The notes beneath the pieces were generated by a model. That model made no database searches, was not told the origin of the DNA, and was given only the letters and a program-made list of their open reading frames with translations. The position numbers and the translations under genes were made by a program. From NCBI GenBank assembly GCA_951406725.2, contig OX597830.1, positions 62,496,001 through 62,560,000 of the forward strand: a stretch of DNA of 64,000 nucleotides, written 5' to 3'. Positions 1 to 14,397 of the stretch are shown in pieces. Position 1 is the first letter of the stretch. Each line of letters starts with the position of its first letter. The DNA comes from Octopus vulgaris. Taxonomy: Eukaryota.

Positions 1-94
1 TGTGTGTGTGTGTGTGTGTGTGTGTAGAAACAAAATATTCTGTTTGCATATTGATGTCTTTTATTAGTTTATTGAAAGTGGCTTTCATAATCTC

Positions 95-326
95 ACACAC
101 ACATACACACAGACATTCACTCACATATAATCATACATGCAATTAAACACATACATACAATTACACACGCATATATTCAACCACAAGCACACAATTATAC
201 ACGTACATACACAAACACATACACACACACACACAAATACACACACACACACAAATACACACACACACACAAAAACACACACACACACAAATACACACAC
301 ACACACAAATACACACACACACACAA

Positions 327-383
<57 letters not shown>

Positions 384-564
384 CAAGTAATCCCACATAT
401 ACAATCAGACATGCTTACACATACCCACAATTCACACACACACACACAGTCACACACATACACAAACCCATGATCACATGGACATACACAATCACACATA
501 AAGCACGCACACATACAGACCCATAATTACACCCACATGCAATCATACAAACACCTACTCACAC

Positions 565-625
<61 letters not shown>
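95..625. repeat. Compound (CA)n microsatellite
   Basis: Direct reading; includes about 18-bp higher-order units (acacacacacacaaatac). Confidence 0.95.
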
Positions 626-629
<4 letters not shown>

Positions 630-2117
630 CTTTGATAACAAATAACCTCATTATTTTCATGAGTTTCTGGTATTCCCTAACTTTTTTAGGAACCACCATT
701 TTATCTCATTTAACCTCAACGTCTGGAAGTTGCGGTCGTTACCATCAGCTGACACTCTACCATATTCTGTTTATCATTAATTAATTGAGCAGCCAACACT
801 CACAGTCCATGTTTGTCGTTATTTCTATAACTAACGCATGCAGTTATTTTATTTGTCCTCATTATTTCAAGAAATTAAGGCAATCAGCTGACGGAATCAT
901 TAACTCGTCAGGCAAATTGCTTGGCAGCAGTTCTTCTGGCTTTACGTTCTGAGTTCAAATGCTGCCAAGGTTGACTTTGTCTTTCATATTTTCTGGGATC
1001 GTTGAGCGCTGGTGAGGTTGATGGAACTGATTAGCCCCTTCCCTCAAAATTTCAGGCTTTGTGCTTAAAGTAGAGAAGGATTATCTCAAGAAATCCTCTA
1101 GAAATACAAATCACATTTTGAAAGTCCTCTGTTTCCTCTGTCAAAGGTCTTCTTTTATTTATTTTGCTTGTTTCTGTTGTTGGATTCTTGCCATGCTCGA
1201 GCACCACCTTGAAGGGTTTTAGTCCAACAAATTGACCCCAGGACTTATTTTTTTTAAGTATAGTATATATTTTATAAGTCTCTTTTGCTAAATTACTAAG
1301 TCATGGGGGTCTTGTACAAACCAACATGGTTGTGAAATAATGGTGGACACACACACACACACACACACACATAATGGGCTTTCATACAGTTTCCATCTTC
1401 CAAATTCAGTCACAAAGCATTGGTCAGCCTGAGGCTAGAGTAGAAGACATTTGCCCAAGGTCCACACAGTGAGATTGAACCCAAAACCACATTGTTGGAA
1501 AATGAGTTTCTTAACCACACGGCCATGGTGGCTACACCTCAAGTCTATTTTTAAATTATAAATTTCTGACATAAACACAAGACCAAAAATTTGTTGGAAG
1601 GGGTCAGTTGATTGTATCATCCCCAGTTCTTGACTGGTTGTTTAGTTTACCAGACCCAGAAAGATGAAAGGTAAATTTGGCTTCAGCTGAGATTGAACTC
1701 AGAATGTAAAGATTTGTAACAAATACTGCAAGACATCTCATCTGACACTCTGGTGCTTCTGGCAATCGCCTACCTCAATTTATTTCAAACTAATAACAAC
1801 ATTAACACACATTTCCTCTCATTTATTTCTATGGATTATTTTTTTTATTTTCATATTTGTTTGTTAAACTTTTTTTTTTGTTACCATATTTCTGTTGAAA
1901 TGGTATGAGATCTTGCTGAGGTCATCTTCATCTTTCATTCTTTTGACATCAATAACTTTAAGTCCCGGTCAAGTTGTGGTAGGGTCGATGTAATCAGCTG
2001 ACCCCTTTCCCTTAAAACAAAATTGCTGGCCATGAGCCAAAATTGGAACCAATTATTGTTATTATTATTATTATCGTCATTGTTATTCTTATTCTTATTA
2101 TTTATTGTCTTTGGCAG

Positions 2118-2220
2118 CATCTGAAGAAGAAGAAACGTGTCTGTATGATTGATTACTTTATTGATGTGGCAAAAGAATGCATCAATATCGGTAATTTTAA
2201 TTCCCTCGTAGCAATTATTG
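2118..2220 (+). CDS. RASGEF1: RasGEF1-family (RASGEF1B-like) CDC25 domain, first coding exon in window; gene starts upstream
   Basis: cag|...|gtaagt; HLKKKKRVCMIDYFIDVAKECINIGNFNSLVAII matches RasGEF1 'YFIDVARECFNIGNFNSLMAII'; ends phase 1. Confidence 0.95.
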
Positions 2221-2292
2221 GTAAGTTAACAGTTTCTAACACAGTGTGTGTGTATGTGTCTGGCCATGTGTGGTTGTATGTGACTGCTTTCG

Positions 2293-2342
<50 letters not shown>

Positions 2343-2349
2343 CAAACAC

Positions 2350-2552
2350 AATGCAGCACGGAATTTTGTCAGTGAACAGGTCGTGGTCTCAAAGCGATGG
2401 AAATATTTTGGCAAATTAAATTTAAATGTTGAAGGAAATCTAACAATTTTTGTGTGTTTTAAAATGGTCTATAAACACCTTCCATGCTGCAATTGTTTTC
2501 GTTCTAGCACATGATCTCAGATCAGGTCACTTGCTATGCAAGTACATCTCCA
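2350..2552 (+). mobile_element. Penelope-like terminal repeat fragment with a hammerhead-like motif (mutated copy)
   Basis: Homologous to 14398-14717; core reads GTGAACA...GGAA. Confidence 0.6.
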
Positions 2553-3060
2553 TAAATCTATATATATATATGTATACGCACATATGATATAGATTCACCT
2601 ACTGTATATACAATATGGTATAGATGTTACATATTTAAGCAATCAAGTATTTTCAACCAATTGCTTAGATGCTGCTAACTGCACACCTCATGTTTTTCAG
2701 TTTGTTTTGCAACCATGCTGTGTGTGCCCATCATTCAGTTTAATTTGAATAGGGGACTGCTACTCCCCATGGGTTTTTTTTCTAACTCATCTATAAATAG
2801 GAAATGAGTAACTAGAGGAGGACAGACCAAAAAAAAGTCAATATTTGAGTCCTTATTAATTTAATCCAGTAGTTCCCAAATTTAAATAAAAGGGGTCACT
2901 AACAAGGATTGCTTTTATTTAAATGAATTTTTCTATGGATACAAGGCTTTTTGACAGGTCAATCTACTCATCAAGTTTTCAGAACAGCTCATGGACCATC
3001 CAATATTGTTTATATTGACCACCAAAGGTTTTTACTGATGCTATGTTGGAGATTATTGGT

Positions 3061-3246
3061 CATGTTTCAGCTGATATATTCTCCAGCCTTCATCAGGTGT
3101 TTTGGGGAAATTTCTAACCTGGGTTCTCATTCCTAAGGTTCAAAATTTCCCCAAGACACTTGAAGGCTGGAGGGTATATCAGCCAAAACGTTGTGTTAAC
3201 AACAAACAAGATGAGGACAAATAGCCGTCAAACGTAAATAATGTAC
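3061..3246. mobile_element. Inverted pLTR-like repeat with hammerhead motifs (same family as 63525-63850)
   Basis: Minus arm acacCTGATGAaggctg...cagctGAAA; plus arm degenerate. Confidence 0.65.
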
Positions 3247-3445
3247 TGTAGAAAGAGGTTTCTGATTTGCAGAGAGATGTGGAATAGCAGAAAGAATAAC
3301 TGGAATGATGAAATTCTGAAGAAAGATTGATCAAAATGAAAGAATGTAAAAGTCTAGATGAAGAGAAATTCTTCCTCTATTTCCATTTATGAATATTCTT
3401 AGGAAAGAATTCCTCTAATCTCTTAATACTTTTGCTTCCTTTTAG

Positions 3446-3486
3446 CTGGAATGAACATGAGTCCTGTTGCAAGACTGAAGAAAACG
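3446..3486 (+). CDS. RASGEF1: RasGEF1-like exon
   Basis: tttag|...|gtaagt; (A)GMNMSPVARLKKT; phase 1 to 0. Confidence 0.95.
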
Positions 3487-3935
3487 GTAAGTAATTCCAT
3501 ATATTTTTTCTTTCCTCAGCTATATAATTCTTATTTATTTATCCTTTTTTTTTTCTGTATCTATTTTATGCTATTTATCTGGTTCTTCTATGTGAAATCA
3601 ACCTGATAAGTAAGCCTGGTGCCTTCGCCAACACCCCTGAAATTCAATTCTTTAGATTAGCCATCACCACCCTACCACCTAAACATCTCCCAAATTCCCT
3701 TCTTTCATTACAATCTGCCCACCCATCCATCCATCCACTGTTTGCCCCACAGAATTATTGAAAGTTTCAAAATTCTTCTCCCTCCCACCTCTCTCTCTCT
3801 CTCCAGGTTTCTTCATATGACTAATAGAGATACCCGCAGGATTCTTTCTGTTCAATCTTCTAAAACTTTTCTTTCTTCCACCCTCTTTCCCCTCCTTTGC
3901 CTATCACAGTATATCCCTATTTCTGGATGCACTGG

Positions 3936-3937
<2 letters not shown>

Positions 3938-3971
<34 letters not shown>

Positions 3972-4735
3972 TATATATACATATATATATACACACACAC
4001 ACACACGTTTAGGTGTGATTATTGTTGTATATGTTATGCATGTGAACATTATATAAATGTATAGATACATATATATAGATAGACAGACAGACAGACACAG
4101 ACAGACAGACAGACAGATAGATAGATACATATATAGATATATATATATATATATATATAGATACATATATAGATATATATATAGAGATATAGATACATAT
4201 ATAGATACATATATAGATAGATATATAGATATATATATATATAGATACATATATATAGATATAGATATATTTACAGATATATATATATAATATTATTACA
4301 AATTTGGAATTTTATATATATATTTATATACAGTAAGTTAAAACTTATATATGTAGGCGTGTGAACATAAATATATGTAAAATATAATAGGTGTGTGTGT
4401 GTGTGTGTGTGTGCGCGCGCAAGTATGTGTAAACTTGCACCGTGTTGGCTTCCTCGTGCTTTTCCCTTTGGTGCAAAATGACAATTGTGTTCTGGTGGAA
4501 TTCATCTTACCTTAATTTCCTGTCTACCACCACCACCACCACCACCATCACCACCACCACCACCACCACCACCACCACCACCAGCTCTCATTGTTTACAA
4601 GGGGCAGGAGGTGGAGGAGGGGCAGGTTGAGATGACTCACGGAATGGTTAGTTCTCCGGTGCCACATGCGAACCATTAACCATTACTCAACTGCCACTCA
4701 CTGCCCTTTTAACGTGTCTGTGCTGGTGTGCATTA

Positions 4736-4767
<32 letters not shown>

Positions 4768-5143
4768 ATTAGTGTGTGTATGGGGGGGGGGTTGCACTAA
4801 ATGTATGAATTTATGATTGTGAACTCTCTTTCTTCACTATCTCTATATACACACACATAAATACATGTGTGTGTATATATATGTCTTGTGTATACATGAT
4901 GTATATATATATATATATATTTTATGTGTGTATGTGTATATATAAACACACACACACACACGTACAACCTCACACACATGTGCATGCACACATATACACA
5001 GACAGATTTGTATGCTTTTGAAACTATACACACTCAGTCTATTTAATGTCCAGGATTTTACCATCACAAAAAAGCTGATTCATTGTGGTTCATAGCTGCA
5101 AATAAAAACACACACACACAATATTTATGTATATGTTTGTGTA

Positions 5144-5204
<61 letters not shown>

Positions 5205-5284
5205 ATATATGTGTGTATATATATATATGTGTATATATACATACATATATGTATATATACATACATATGTATGTATACACATAT

Positions 5285-5328
<44 letters not shown>

Positions 5329-5400
5329 ATGTATATATACACATATATACATATATGTATATATATATATATACATGCACACACACACACATATATATAC
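3938..5400. repeat. Compound microsatellite field: (CA), (GATA/GACA), (TA), (CAC) and (TG)
   Basis: Direct reading. Confidence 0.95.
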
Positions 5401-5512
5401 ATTTCTTCACAAAGTCATATATACGTATAGTTCTCAAAGAAACAAAAGACGTAGACAGGTGGTGTAGACAACAAACAGATGTATTAGTTTAATGCTCGGG
5501 AAGCGAAAAAGT

Positions 5513-5548
5513 CTTTAACATTTCGAGCCTACGCTCTTCTACAGAAAG
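5513..5548 (-). ncRNA. Degenerate minimal hammerhead motif (fourth family)
   Basis: cttt-CTGTAGA-a-gagc-gtag-gctc-GAAA-tgtt-aaag; A6 altered. Confidence 0.45.
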
Positions 5549-5592
5549 GAACACAGAAAAAAACAAGTAGAGAAAATAAAGAATGTGTAGTT

Positions 5593-5644
<52 letters not shown>

Positions 5645-5693
5645 GTAATCTGTTTTCTAATAACTTTTTCCATTTCTCTTTTTCTTACTACAG

Positions 5694-5732
5694 TGGGCAA
5701 AAATTAATAAAGACAAATTCTCCATATTAGAG
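5694..5732 (+). CDS. RASGEF1: RasGEF1-like exon
   Basis: Polypyrimidine tract then cag|WAKINKDKFSILE|gtaagt. Confidence 0.93.
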
Positions 5733-6145
5733 GTAAGTGTTTCTCTGTGTCACTTTAATAATAAACAACAGAATGATTTTCTGAGCCTTGTATTTTAAGG
5801 ATTTAGTGGACTCCAGCATGACCTTATAGAATTAAAAGATGATTCAGAGTAGGGTGAAGATTGCTTAGACCAGGGATCCACTATTTCTACTTGTGGTGAC
5901 CCCTTGAGAATATTTTTGCATATGTCAAAGGTCCACAGGAATGTTATATATGTTACTTTAAAAGATATCCCTATGCAGGCAAGGCTGTGTGGTTATGAAG
6001 GTTTGCTTCCAACCCACATGGTTCAGGGTTCAATCCCACTATGTAGCCTCTTGGACAAATGCCTTTCACTCTAACCCTGGACCAACTAAAATCTTGTGAG
6101 TGGATTTGATAGACAGAAACTGCAAGATTGTCATATATATGGATG

Positions 6146-6199
<54 letters not shown>

Positions 6200-6915
6200 T
6201 GCCAGACTCGTCTGGCACATAAAAAGCACCCGCTACACTCATGGAGTGGTTGGCGTTAGGAAGGGCATCCAGCCGTAGAAACATTGCCAGATCAAACTGG
6301 GCCTGGTGCAGCCTTCTGGCTTCACAGACCCCAGTTGAACCGTCCAACACATGCCAGCATGGAAAGCGGACGCTAAACGATGATGATGATGATGTATGTA
6401 TGTGTGTGTGTGTGTATGTATGTATGTATGCACATGTAATTGTGTGTATGTATGTCTATATATGTAGGTGTGCATAGTTGTGTATATTTTGACTGTGACA
6501 ATATTTATTGCATTGTAATTTATTAATAATTAAACTCTGAAATGCTGTAAATGTATTGTATTATGTCTAAACATCATCTCACAATATGGTCTTGGCTCTG
6601 TGAAGAATGTTGAGTTTTCACCAAAGGCTGCTGGCAAATCATTAATGTTACAATTAACGAACTATTTAAGTCAGTTTTCCTAGAATCTCTCAAAATACCA
6701 TATTTATTCATGTGTAAGTCACATCCTTAATTTAGTGATAAATCTTGGTACAAAATTCTTTCACTTCATGATTTTCACTTTGCCTTGTGTATAAGTCGTA
6801 CCCCAGTTTTTCCAGTTAAAGCCATGCATAAAACAGTGCAACTTATACACAAGTTAATAAGGTAATTAACCACAGTTTTCCATTTTTCAATGATTTGTGT
6901 TTCCTCTCCCAACAG

Positions 6916-7011
6916 CACCAGATGGATCCGACGAACAACTTCAGCAGTTACCGTTTGTGTTTGAAAGCGGCAAAGTGGCGTTCTGAAGGGGCTGTAGATG
7001 ACAGAGAAAGG
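6916..7011 (+). CDS. RASGEF1: RasGEF1-like exon
   Basis: cag|HQMDPTNNFSSYRLCLKAAKWRSEGAVDDRER|gtatgt. Confidence 0.94.
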
Positions 7012-7097
7012 GTATGTTGTGTTATTACATATGTATATTTGTGAAACTAAGTTTAGTATTTTTACCTCGACAGCTGTTTCTGGGAGCTCAGACTTAC

Positions 7098-7189
7098 ACA
7101 ATAATCGTAATGTTCATAATTAACAGATAGAATGTGTAAAAAGACAATAATCGTAATGTTCATAATTAACAGATAGAATGTGTAAAAAG
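7098..7189. repeat. Perfect 46-bp tandem duplication
   Basis: acaataatcgtaatgttcataattaacagatagaatgtgtaaaaag twice. Confidence 0.95.
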
Positions 7190-7379
7190 TCAAAGATAAG
7201 CAACTAGTAAATAGTCACATAGAGGCATTACTATAAGATTGGCTTCCTTCATCAGGAGAAAAATTGGCTAGGCTTGGAAAATAGGAAAAGTTGATTGATA
7301 TCACTATTTAGTTAGATATTTAGATATTTGTATTCTTATATAGATTTCAACTAGTGTTGGCCAAGGCTATGACTAACTT

Positions 7380-8466
7380 AATCTTTTTGTTGCTATATTT
7401 CTGCTGAAATGTACTGCTATTGTTTCAGTAAATTTTGAAACTTATAAAGAAATTAGTAAACTAATTTTGTCATTAAATAAGCTGATATTTGGGACATAAA
7501 TTAACATGAAATTTTGATGGAAAGTTTTAATTTGGATCACTTTGAAACAGGAAGTTTTTATTGTAGAACCAGGAGCAAACTCAGGTGGGTTGGTATCAAA
7601 AAGATTCAGTATGATATTTATTACCCTGTTTATCACAGACAGTTTATAGCTGTTTAGCTGTAGAATATTAAACCAAAAAAAATCTTATCTAACTCCTACC
7701 AGTATGACAAAAACAGACATAAAGATGAATAACCCTTCAGTTATTGAGTTCTCTCATCCAACATACTTTTGTCTTAAATATTTATTACAATATCCATCAT
7801 TGACCATTTAGGGTTTAGCAAGAATTTCACAAGTCCACAGTAAAACATATTAGCCAATATATAATTGTAATTAATATTTTGGACAGGATTTAGGTTTTTA
7901 ACCCTTGCATTACCATATGCTCTGTGTTTCTTTCAATTAATTTCAAATATAACAAAGAAAATAACTTAGTTATCATTAAGTTAGTGTTTGGAACATAAAT
8001 TGTGACTAAGGTCTGGTGGAAGATTTTAATTCAAAACTTATGTAAACAAGACATTTGTACTCAGAGCCAGAGCCAATTTTAGCCAGATTGCTAATGAAAG
8101 GGTTAATAATGACAAACCTATTTGACTAAATCCTTCATTATTTCCAATATTAATTGAAATAAGCACAATGTACTTCAACAGAAATATAACAAAATGGTTA
8201 AAATTATCTAAATTTAAACGTTTCATCAAAATTTGATGTTAATTCATGAAATACGATAACAAAAGGGTTGATAATGACCAAACCATTTTACTAAATTCTT
8301 CATTAATTTCAAAATTAACTGAAACAAAGACAGTGTATTTTAATAGAAATGTGGTAAATGAAGGGGTTAATAATGATAGAATTTCTGTACAATTAGTATA
8401 AAAACATATTAGTCATTCAAAAACACACAAAAATGGTTAAGATGGGTTGGTATCAAAAGGGTTAAG
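7380..8466. mobile_element. Cluster of decayed piggyBac-type (TTAA-CCC...GGG-TTAA) MITE fragments
   Basis: Recurrent ttaaccc / aagggttaa ends; shared internal 'aataatgaca...ttttactaaattcttcattatttt'. Confidence 0.65.
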
Positions 8467-8714
8467 GGGCAAACTAGCAAAATCGTTACCATACCAGAAA
8501 AAATGTTTAGTGCCATTTCTTTTGACTTTATGTTCTGATTTCAGGGTTGACTAAGCCTTTTATCCTTTTGCGGATCAATAAAATAAACACCAGTTATGCC
8601 CTGGGGTTGATGTAGTTGACTTGTCCACTCCCTGAAATCGTTGGCCTTGTGCCAAAATTTGAAGCCAAAATTTTGTTCTGGTTTTGATATTTTTTTTCTT
8701 TTTACTTGTTCCAG

Positions 8715-8782
8715 GTGATTGTACCATTCTTCAGTCTGTTTGTGAAAGATATTTATTTCTTGAACGAAGGATTTTCCAATCG
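8715..8782 (+). CDS. RASGEF1: RasGEF1-like exon
   Basis: cag|VIVPFFSLFVKDIYFLNEGFSN(R)|gtaaga; conserved PFFSL..KDIYFLNEG motif. Confidence 0.95.
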
Positions 8783-8885
8783 GTAAGAATCAATACTTTT
8801 GGCTGTTTATGTTATAAAAGCTAATTTTAGTTTAATATTTGTTTTGCAAGAATTTTAATCAGAAGCTAAGACTTGAAACCAGTAT

Positions 8886-9029
8886 CAAGGGCAGACTGAG
8901 CCATCGATCAATCAAGCACTGTCCAAGGGCCCGGAGCTCTGAGGGGCCTGCACTCTACATGTTAACTCTCTTTGATATCAATGCTAAGGAGCCCAGGCCC
9001 GAGGGCCCTTAATACTCTGTCTGTCCTTG
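8886..9029. mobile_element. Short GC-rich hAT-like MITE
   Basis: TIRs caagggcagac / gtctgtccttg; imperfect 8-bp flanks accagtat / accaacat. Confidence 0.6.
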
Positions 9030-9074
9030 ACCAACATTGTTATACTTGGAAAGAACCATGACTGATAAAGGTGA

Positions 9075-9345
9075 AGGTGCTTGGCCTGGGGTTAAGCTGT
9101 TCTACTCACAATTGCAAGATTGTGGTTTCCATTCCTGGACTGGGTGGTGTGTTGTGATCTTGAGCAAAACACATCTTTTCATATTGCTCCAGTTCACTCA
9201 ATACAAATAATTTCCAGCCAATAGCTGGTGAGTTAACCCTACAATGGACTGCCGTCCTATTCTGGAGGAATGTTATAATCTCAGCATTTATACAGCATGG
9301 ACATCAGGTAACCAACCCTAGTGAGTCCTAGGACTTGAATCTATA
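9075..9345 (+). mobile_element. Older tRNA-derived SINE (family D); a related copy lies at 56745-56930(-)
   Basis: Decayed A and B boxes followed by cttgagcaaaacac and ttgctccagttcactca. Confidence 0.55.
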
Positions 9346-10039
9346 ATGTCCATGGGATAATGATAATGATGATGGTGATAACTAATAAAGCCTATATATA
9401 CATTTACAAGTTGTTGCTTGTCTATAGTTCACTTCCTCTCTGTTTTTCAAAACAGTTGGTGTTTTGTTTTTGACCCCAAAATGTTATCACTTTACATACT
9501 TACTGCCATGGAGTTTTAACAACAGCAAATAATCAGTTAAAAACTGAAAAAACACGCAATTAATAGAAAAAAGTTTGTATATAACTATATCGCTGGCATA
9601 AATATATTATCATTATTGTCATCATGGTCACTTGCCGTCCACTTTTCTGTGCTTGCATGGGTCAGACAGAATTTGTTGAGGCAGATTTTTCTATGGCTGG
9701 ATGCCTTTCCTGTCACCAACCTTCACCTGTTTCCAAGCAAAGTAATATTTCTCCATGGCTAGACATGTTTTTCATGGAAGAGTGGAAATGAACAACATTC
9801 CTTGTGTAATGGTGATCACATGATGTCAAGACAAGGACACACACACACATAAATATATATGTGTATATATTTATATATATACACATATATATAAATCATC
9901 ATCAACCGACATTTAATGTCCATTTTCCATGCTGGTATGGGTTGGATGGCTTGACAGAGACTGGCAAGGCTAGGGCCACACCATGTTCCATAGTCTGTCT
10001 TAGCTTTGGTTCCTACAGCTGGATGTCCTTCCTAATACC

Positions 10040-10073
<34 letters not shown>

Positions 10074-10486
10074 GCACACATAAAATGCTTGTTCCAGTTT
10101 CCATCTCACAACGTGTTGGAAAACCTGGGGCAATAATAAAAGACATTTGCTCAAGGTACCACACAGTGGGACTGAACCTAAGATCACATGGCTGAGAAGC
10201 AAACTTCTTAACCACACAGCCACTCCTGTACCCTATATATATCTAATTTATTCCATCAAAGAATTTTATGGTTTAGCATAAATCACTTAGTCTTTTTCTA
10301 AAGAATTAATTCAAATATTTCCTTATCCTCTTTCTATATTTGGTTAAGCTCACTTTCTGCCTAAAGCTCAGATTCTAATAAAAAATCTATTTTTTTTAAT
10401 ATTCAAAACTAAAGTTAGTTTTTTTTTCCTCTACATTTTTATTACAATTTTTATTATTGGTTTTCTTTTCTCTCTTCCTTTTTTAG

Positions 10487-10514
10487 AATGCCAAATGGAA
10501 ACATAAATTTTGAG
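10487..10514 (+). CDS. RASGEF1: RasGEF1-like 28-nt micro-exon
   Basis: Long pyrimidine tract then tag|(R)MPNGNINFE|gtaggt; phase 2 to 0. Confidence 0.92.
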
Positions 10515-10677
10515 GTAGGTTTTATTTATTTTCTTGAAAACATTTTTTTTAGCATTTCATGCTTTATATTCCAAAAATAAGTTATTAAGCTATTTTGGTA
10601 CCAATTTTATTCAGACTGCTGCTGCTGATGGTTCTATAATTCAAAAGCTCCTATTTTGAAACCATTCATATTTATGT

Positions 10678-10732
<55 letters not shown>

Positions 10733-10979
10733 GGGGTAATTTTGGTACAAGGCCAGCAAGTTTGATGGGAGGGAAAAGTCAATTACATTGACCCCAATAC
10801 TTGACTGGTATTTTATTTTATTAGCCCTGAAAGAATGAAAGGCAAATTCAACCATGGCAGGATTTGAACTCAGAATGTAAAGAGCTGGAAGAAATGCTGC
10901 TAAGCATTTTGTCTCTAACATGCTAGTGATTCTGCTAACTTGCCACCATAATAACTTTAAGAAGAAGAAGAGAATGTTA

Positions 10980-11340
10980 CCATAAAGGCTAAAAGGCCTG
11001 ACATTGTCATCAAAGACCTAAGATGGAAAACATGCCTGATAATTGATATAACAATGCCTACAGATAGAAACATCTCAGGAAAAGATTTTGAAAAACTGTT
11101 GAAATATAAGGACCTTGAAATTGAGATATCTAGGACATGGCAATTAAAAACTAAAACCATCCCTATTGTTGTGGGGAATGATCAAGAAAGATAGTGACAA
11201 TATTTTTGACCAGATCCCAAGAAAACAAACAATCTACAAGTTTTTGCATCTAATATATAAGTACCTTAGGTCTCTGGTTGCAATCTGGTCGGAAGATGAA
11301 AGAAAATACAAATGAAATAGAAAATAATAATAATAACAAT
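10980..11340 (+). mobile_element. 3' fragment of an RLE-type (R4/Dong-like) non-LTR retrotransposon
   Basis: + frame KRPDIVIKDLRWKTCLIIDITMPTDRNISGKDFEKLLKYKDLEIEISRTW (PD..D and K..KY motifs); (AAT)n tail. Confidence 0.85.
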
Positions 11341-11356
11341 AGTTAATAAAAGCAAG

Positions 11357-11358
11357 TA

Positions 11359-11428
<70 letters not shown>

Positions 11429-11838
11429 CAGCAGCAGTAGCAGTAGCAGTTGTAGTAGTGGTTGTTGTTGAGAGTATAAGAAAATTTTGAAAGTATTTCA
11501 AAGAAATGTTTAAATAATTAAGATGAGTCATCATTCTAGAACTTTCCTAAGGCTCTTTGATGGAATGGTCTCTGTTATGGAGACTTTTCCTTAATATTAA
11601 GGAATTCCTGAAGATAATATCATAATTTGTAGTAGTTTCTTGAATTGAAAACTGAACTATGATTGTATATATATATGTGTGTGTGTGTGTGTGTGAGGTG
11701 ATGGTAGTGGAAAGCACTTACACAAAACTTTTCTTTACATCTTCCATTAGGCCTGTGGTAATCTGTTTTTTACAAGTTTTTGCAAGATTTGTTTACATAA
11801 ATTTTACTATTAAAACAAATTTCCCTCTCTCTCTCTTG

Positions 11839-11869
<31 letters not shown>

Positions 11870-12189
11870 GCATGTATGTATATATTTATTTTTGCTTATG
11901 ATACATCCTTATGGTTATGGCTCTTAAAGAAACATAATTACTTGTGTTGCTGACACAACTTCCAACATTCCTGTACCCCCCCCCCCCACACAACAGTCAG
12001 CCCTGGGCAGAATATAAGAAAAATCCATATTCACAGGAAATATATTCTTGAAACCAATTCTTCTATTGATTTCTTTGGTTGGCCTTGTGGCTGCTTATTA
12101 AAGGATTCAACTTACCATTTCTTGTCGAATGAGTCAGCCAGAAAGCTTTAAAGATTTTCTAAAGTTTCTTTCACCATCTTTTATAAATA

Positions 12190-12239
<50 letters not shown>

Positions 12240-12243
12240 CATG

Positions 12244-12285
<42 letters not shown>

Positions 12286-12379
12286 TATATGCATGTATAT
12301 ATATATATAAAAAGATGTACGTATATATATATATATAACTATGTATGTATATATATATATATGCATAGACACACACATG

Positions 12380-12442
<63 letters not shown>

Positions 12443-12747
12443 TCACTATATATATGCATGCACATACAGAAACATATTTTTACATATATATCTGAATGCA
12501 TTTTATATATATATATATACTCAATCCTAGAATGTTCCCCTCTCAGCCCCTGGCACTTGCTGCCATCTTTTAACAAACTAATGGTTACCCATAGAAAATC
12601 TAAGACCAAAAAAAAACAATATTCAATAATTGATTGCTTGCAGCAAACTCTGCTGAAATGGATTAAACGAATAAAAAACATATTCCCTCCTTTCGATTTA
12701 TCATTTAATGACTAATAAAATACAAAGATACATATATACATATATAC

Positions 12748-12808
<61 letters not shown>
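11357..12808. repeat. Microsatellite-rich region: (GTA)n, (TG)n, (TA)n
   Basis: Direct reading. Confidence 0.9.
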
Positions 12809-12811
<3 letters not shown>

Positions 12812-13106
12812 AAGAGAGAGAAAGATAGATAGGTTTATATTATATTGCTTGTTTCAGTCATTTAACTGTGGCCATGCTGGAGCACTGTCTTTAGTCAAGC
12901 AAATCAACCCCAGGACTTATTCTTTGTAAGCCTAGTACTTATTCTATTGACATCTTTTGCTGAACCGTTAAGTTACGGGGATGTTATCACACCAGCATCA
13001 GTTGTCAAGCGATGTTGGGGGGGACAAACACAGACACACAAAAATATACACACACACACAATCTTAATTCTGATTAATAATCTCTGTATTTTACTTTGTT
13101 TTACAG

Positions 13107-13163
13107 AAATTCTGGTTATTGGCGAAAAGATTGTCTGAATTTGTTTCATGGCAGAAAATTGAG
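13107..13163 (+). CDS. RASGEF1: RasGEF1-like exon
   Basis: cag|KFWLLAKRLSEFVSWQKIE|gtaagt. Confidence 0.94.
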
Positions 13164-13846
13164 GTAAGTGTTTATAATTTTTGGCAACCATTACATGCGA
13201 TATGTTTAAAAATAGACATAGAAAATGCTAGAAGTTTGATATAACATTCTACTCAATATTCAACTAACTAAATGAATTCTCAGTGTTTTGTTAAAACACT
13301 AACACAGTGAAAGTATCACAACAGCTAATTGTCTTTGATGTGCATATCAGTGAGATGGACAAACAGAGAAAGAGATACACTGCCAATTATATTAACAGAT
13401 TTGGGAGAAATTTCTGTAGACTCCTTTTGCATGAGAAACACATTTCAAAACTTAGCTTTCATTTCTTTTCTTCTTTGCTTTAATACAACTGACAATAATC
13501 ACTATTTGGGAGGCACAGGTCCATAACCTTTATTTCTAGTAACAACTGATAGGGCAGTCATATATGGATGACAGTCTATCTGATCATCACTATTATCATC
13601 ATCATCATCAATGTTTTAAATCTACTTCTCCATATTGGTGTAGGTGAGACCAAATCCATCCAGGCACTTATCCTTCCTGTCACCTGTCTCCACTTGTTTC
13701 CAAGCAAGGTGACATGGGACACAGACCTGCACCTCTATATATTCATTACACCAACATACCCCTAACTTCTTTCCATCAGATTTAAGAACTATAATTTCAT
13801 TGTGTTCGGTTTTTTTGTAACAAACAAGTATGTGCATTTTCTGCGA

Positions 13847-14330
13847 AGTTAGTTAGTTAGTTAGTTAGTTAATTTGGCTCAAAAGCAAATAGCAAGGCCA
13901 TGTAGGGGGACATGGAGTTAAGTACAGGGTGGTGTTCATGTAAAGAGTTCAAGCCACTTGAGGTCCAGGGAGGCTTTGAACAAAGCGGTCGTCGGCAACT
14001 TCACCATCTCGTCTGGCAGCTTGTTCCACGGATCCGCAACCCAGACGGAGAAAGCTCCTCTCCTTCAATTGAGATGAAATCGTCGCAGGTGGAGCTTTTC
14101 GGAATGACCCCACAGCCGACGCTCTGGAGCAGGAGTGAAGAACAGCTCTTTCGAGAGGTTACACTTTCCGCTTATGATGTTGTGGACGAGAATGAGATCA
14201 CCACGGCGGCGGCGTTTTTCAAGAGAATAAAGGTCGAGCGTCCTCAGCCTTTCTTCGTAGGACAAATTTTTGAGACCATGAACCATGCGGGTAGCCAGCT
14301 TCTGGACTCTTTCGAGATGCTGTATGTCTT
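13847..14330 (-). mobile_element. CR1-clade LINE 3' fragment with (AACT)n tail
   Basis: LSYEERLRTLDLYSLEKRRRRGDLI; (agtt)n at 13847-13870. Confidence 0.88.
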
Positions 14331-14397
14331 TGAGGAGATAAGGAGAAGAGGCTTAAGCAGTAATGAGTGACAATTCTGTAAATAATAAGAATATCAA

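Noticed and set aside
121-5492. Many ORFs rich in CV, HT and YI
   Set aside because: They are translations of (CA)n, (TA)n and (TG)n microsatellites; the same applies near 12.1-12.7 kb and 20.2 kb.
13912-14370. 152-aa + strand ORF
   Set aside because: It is the antisense shadow of the CR1 fragment on the minus strand.
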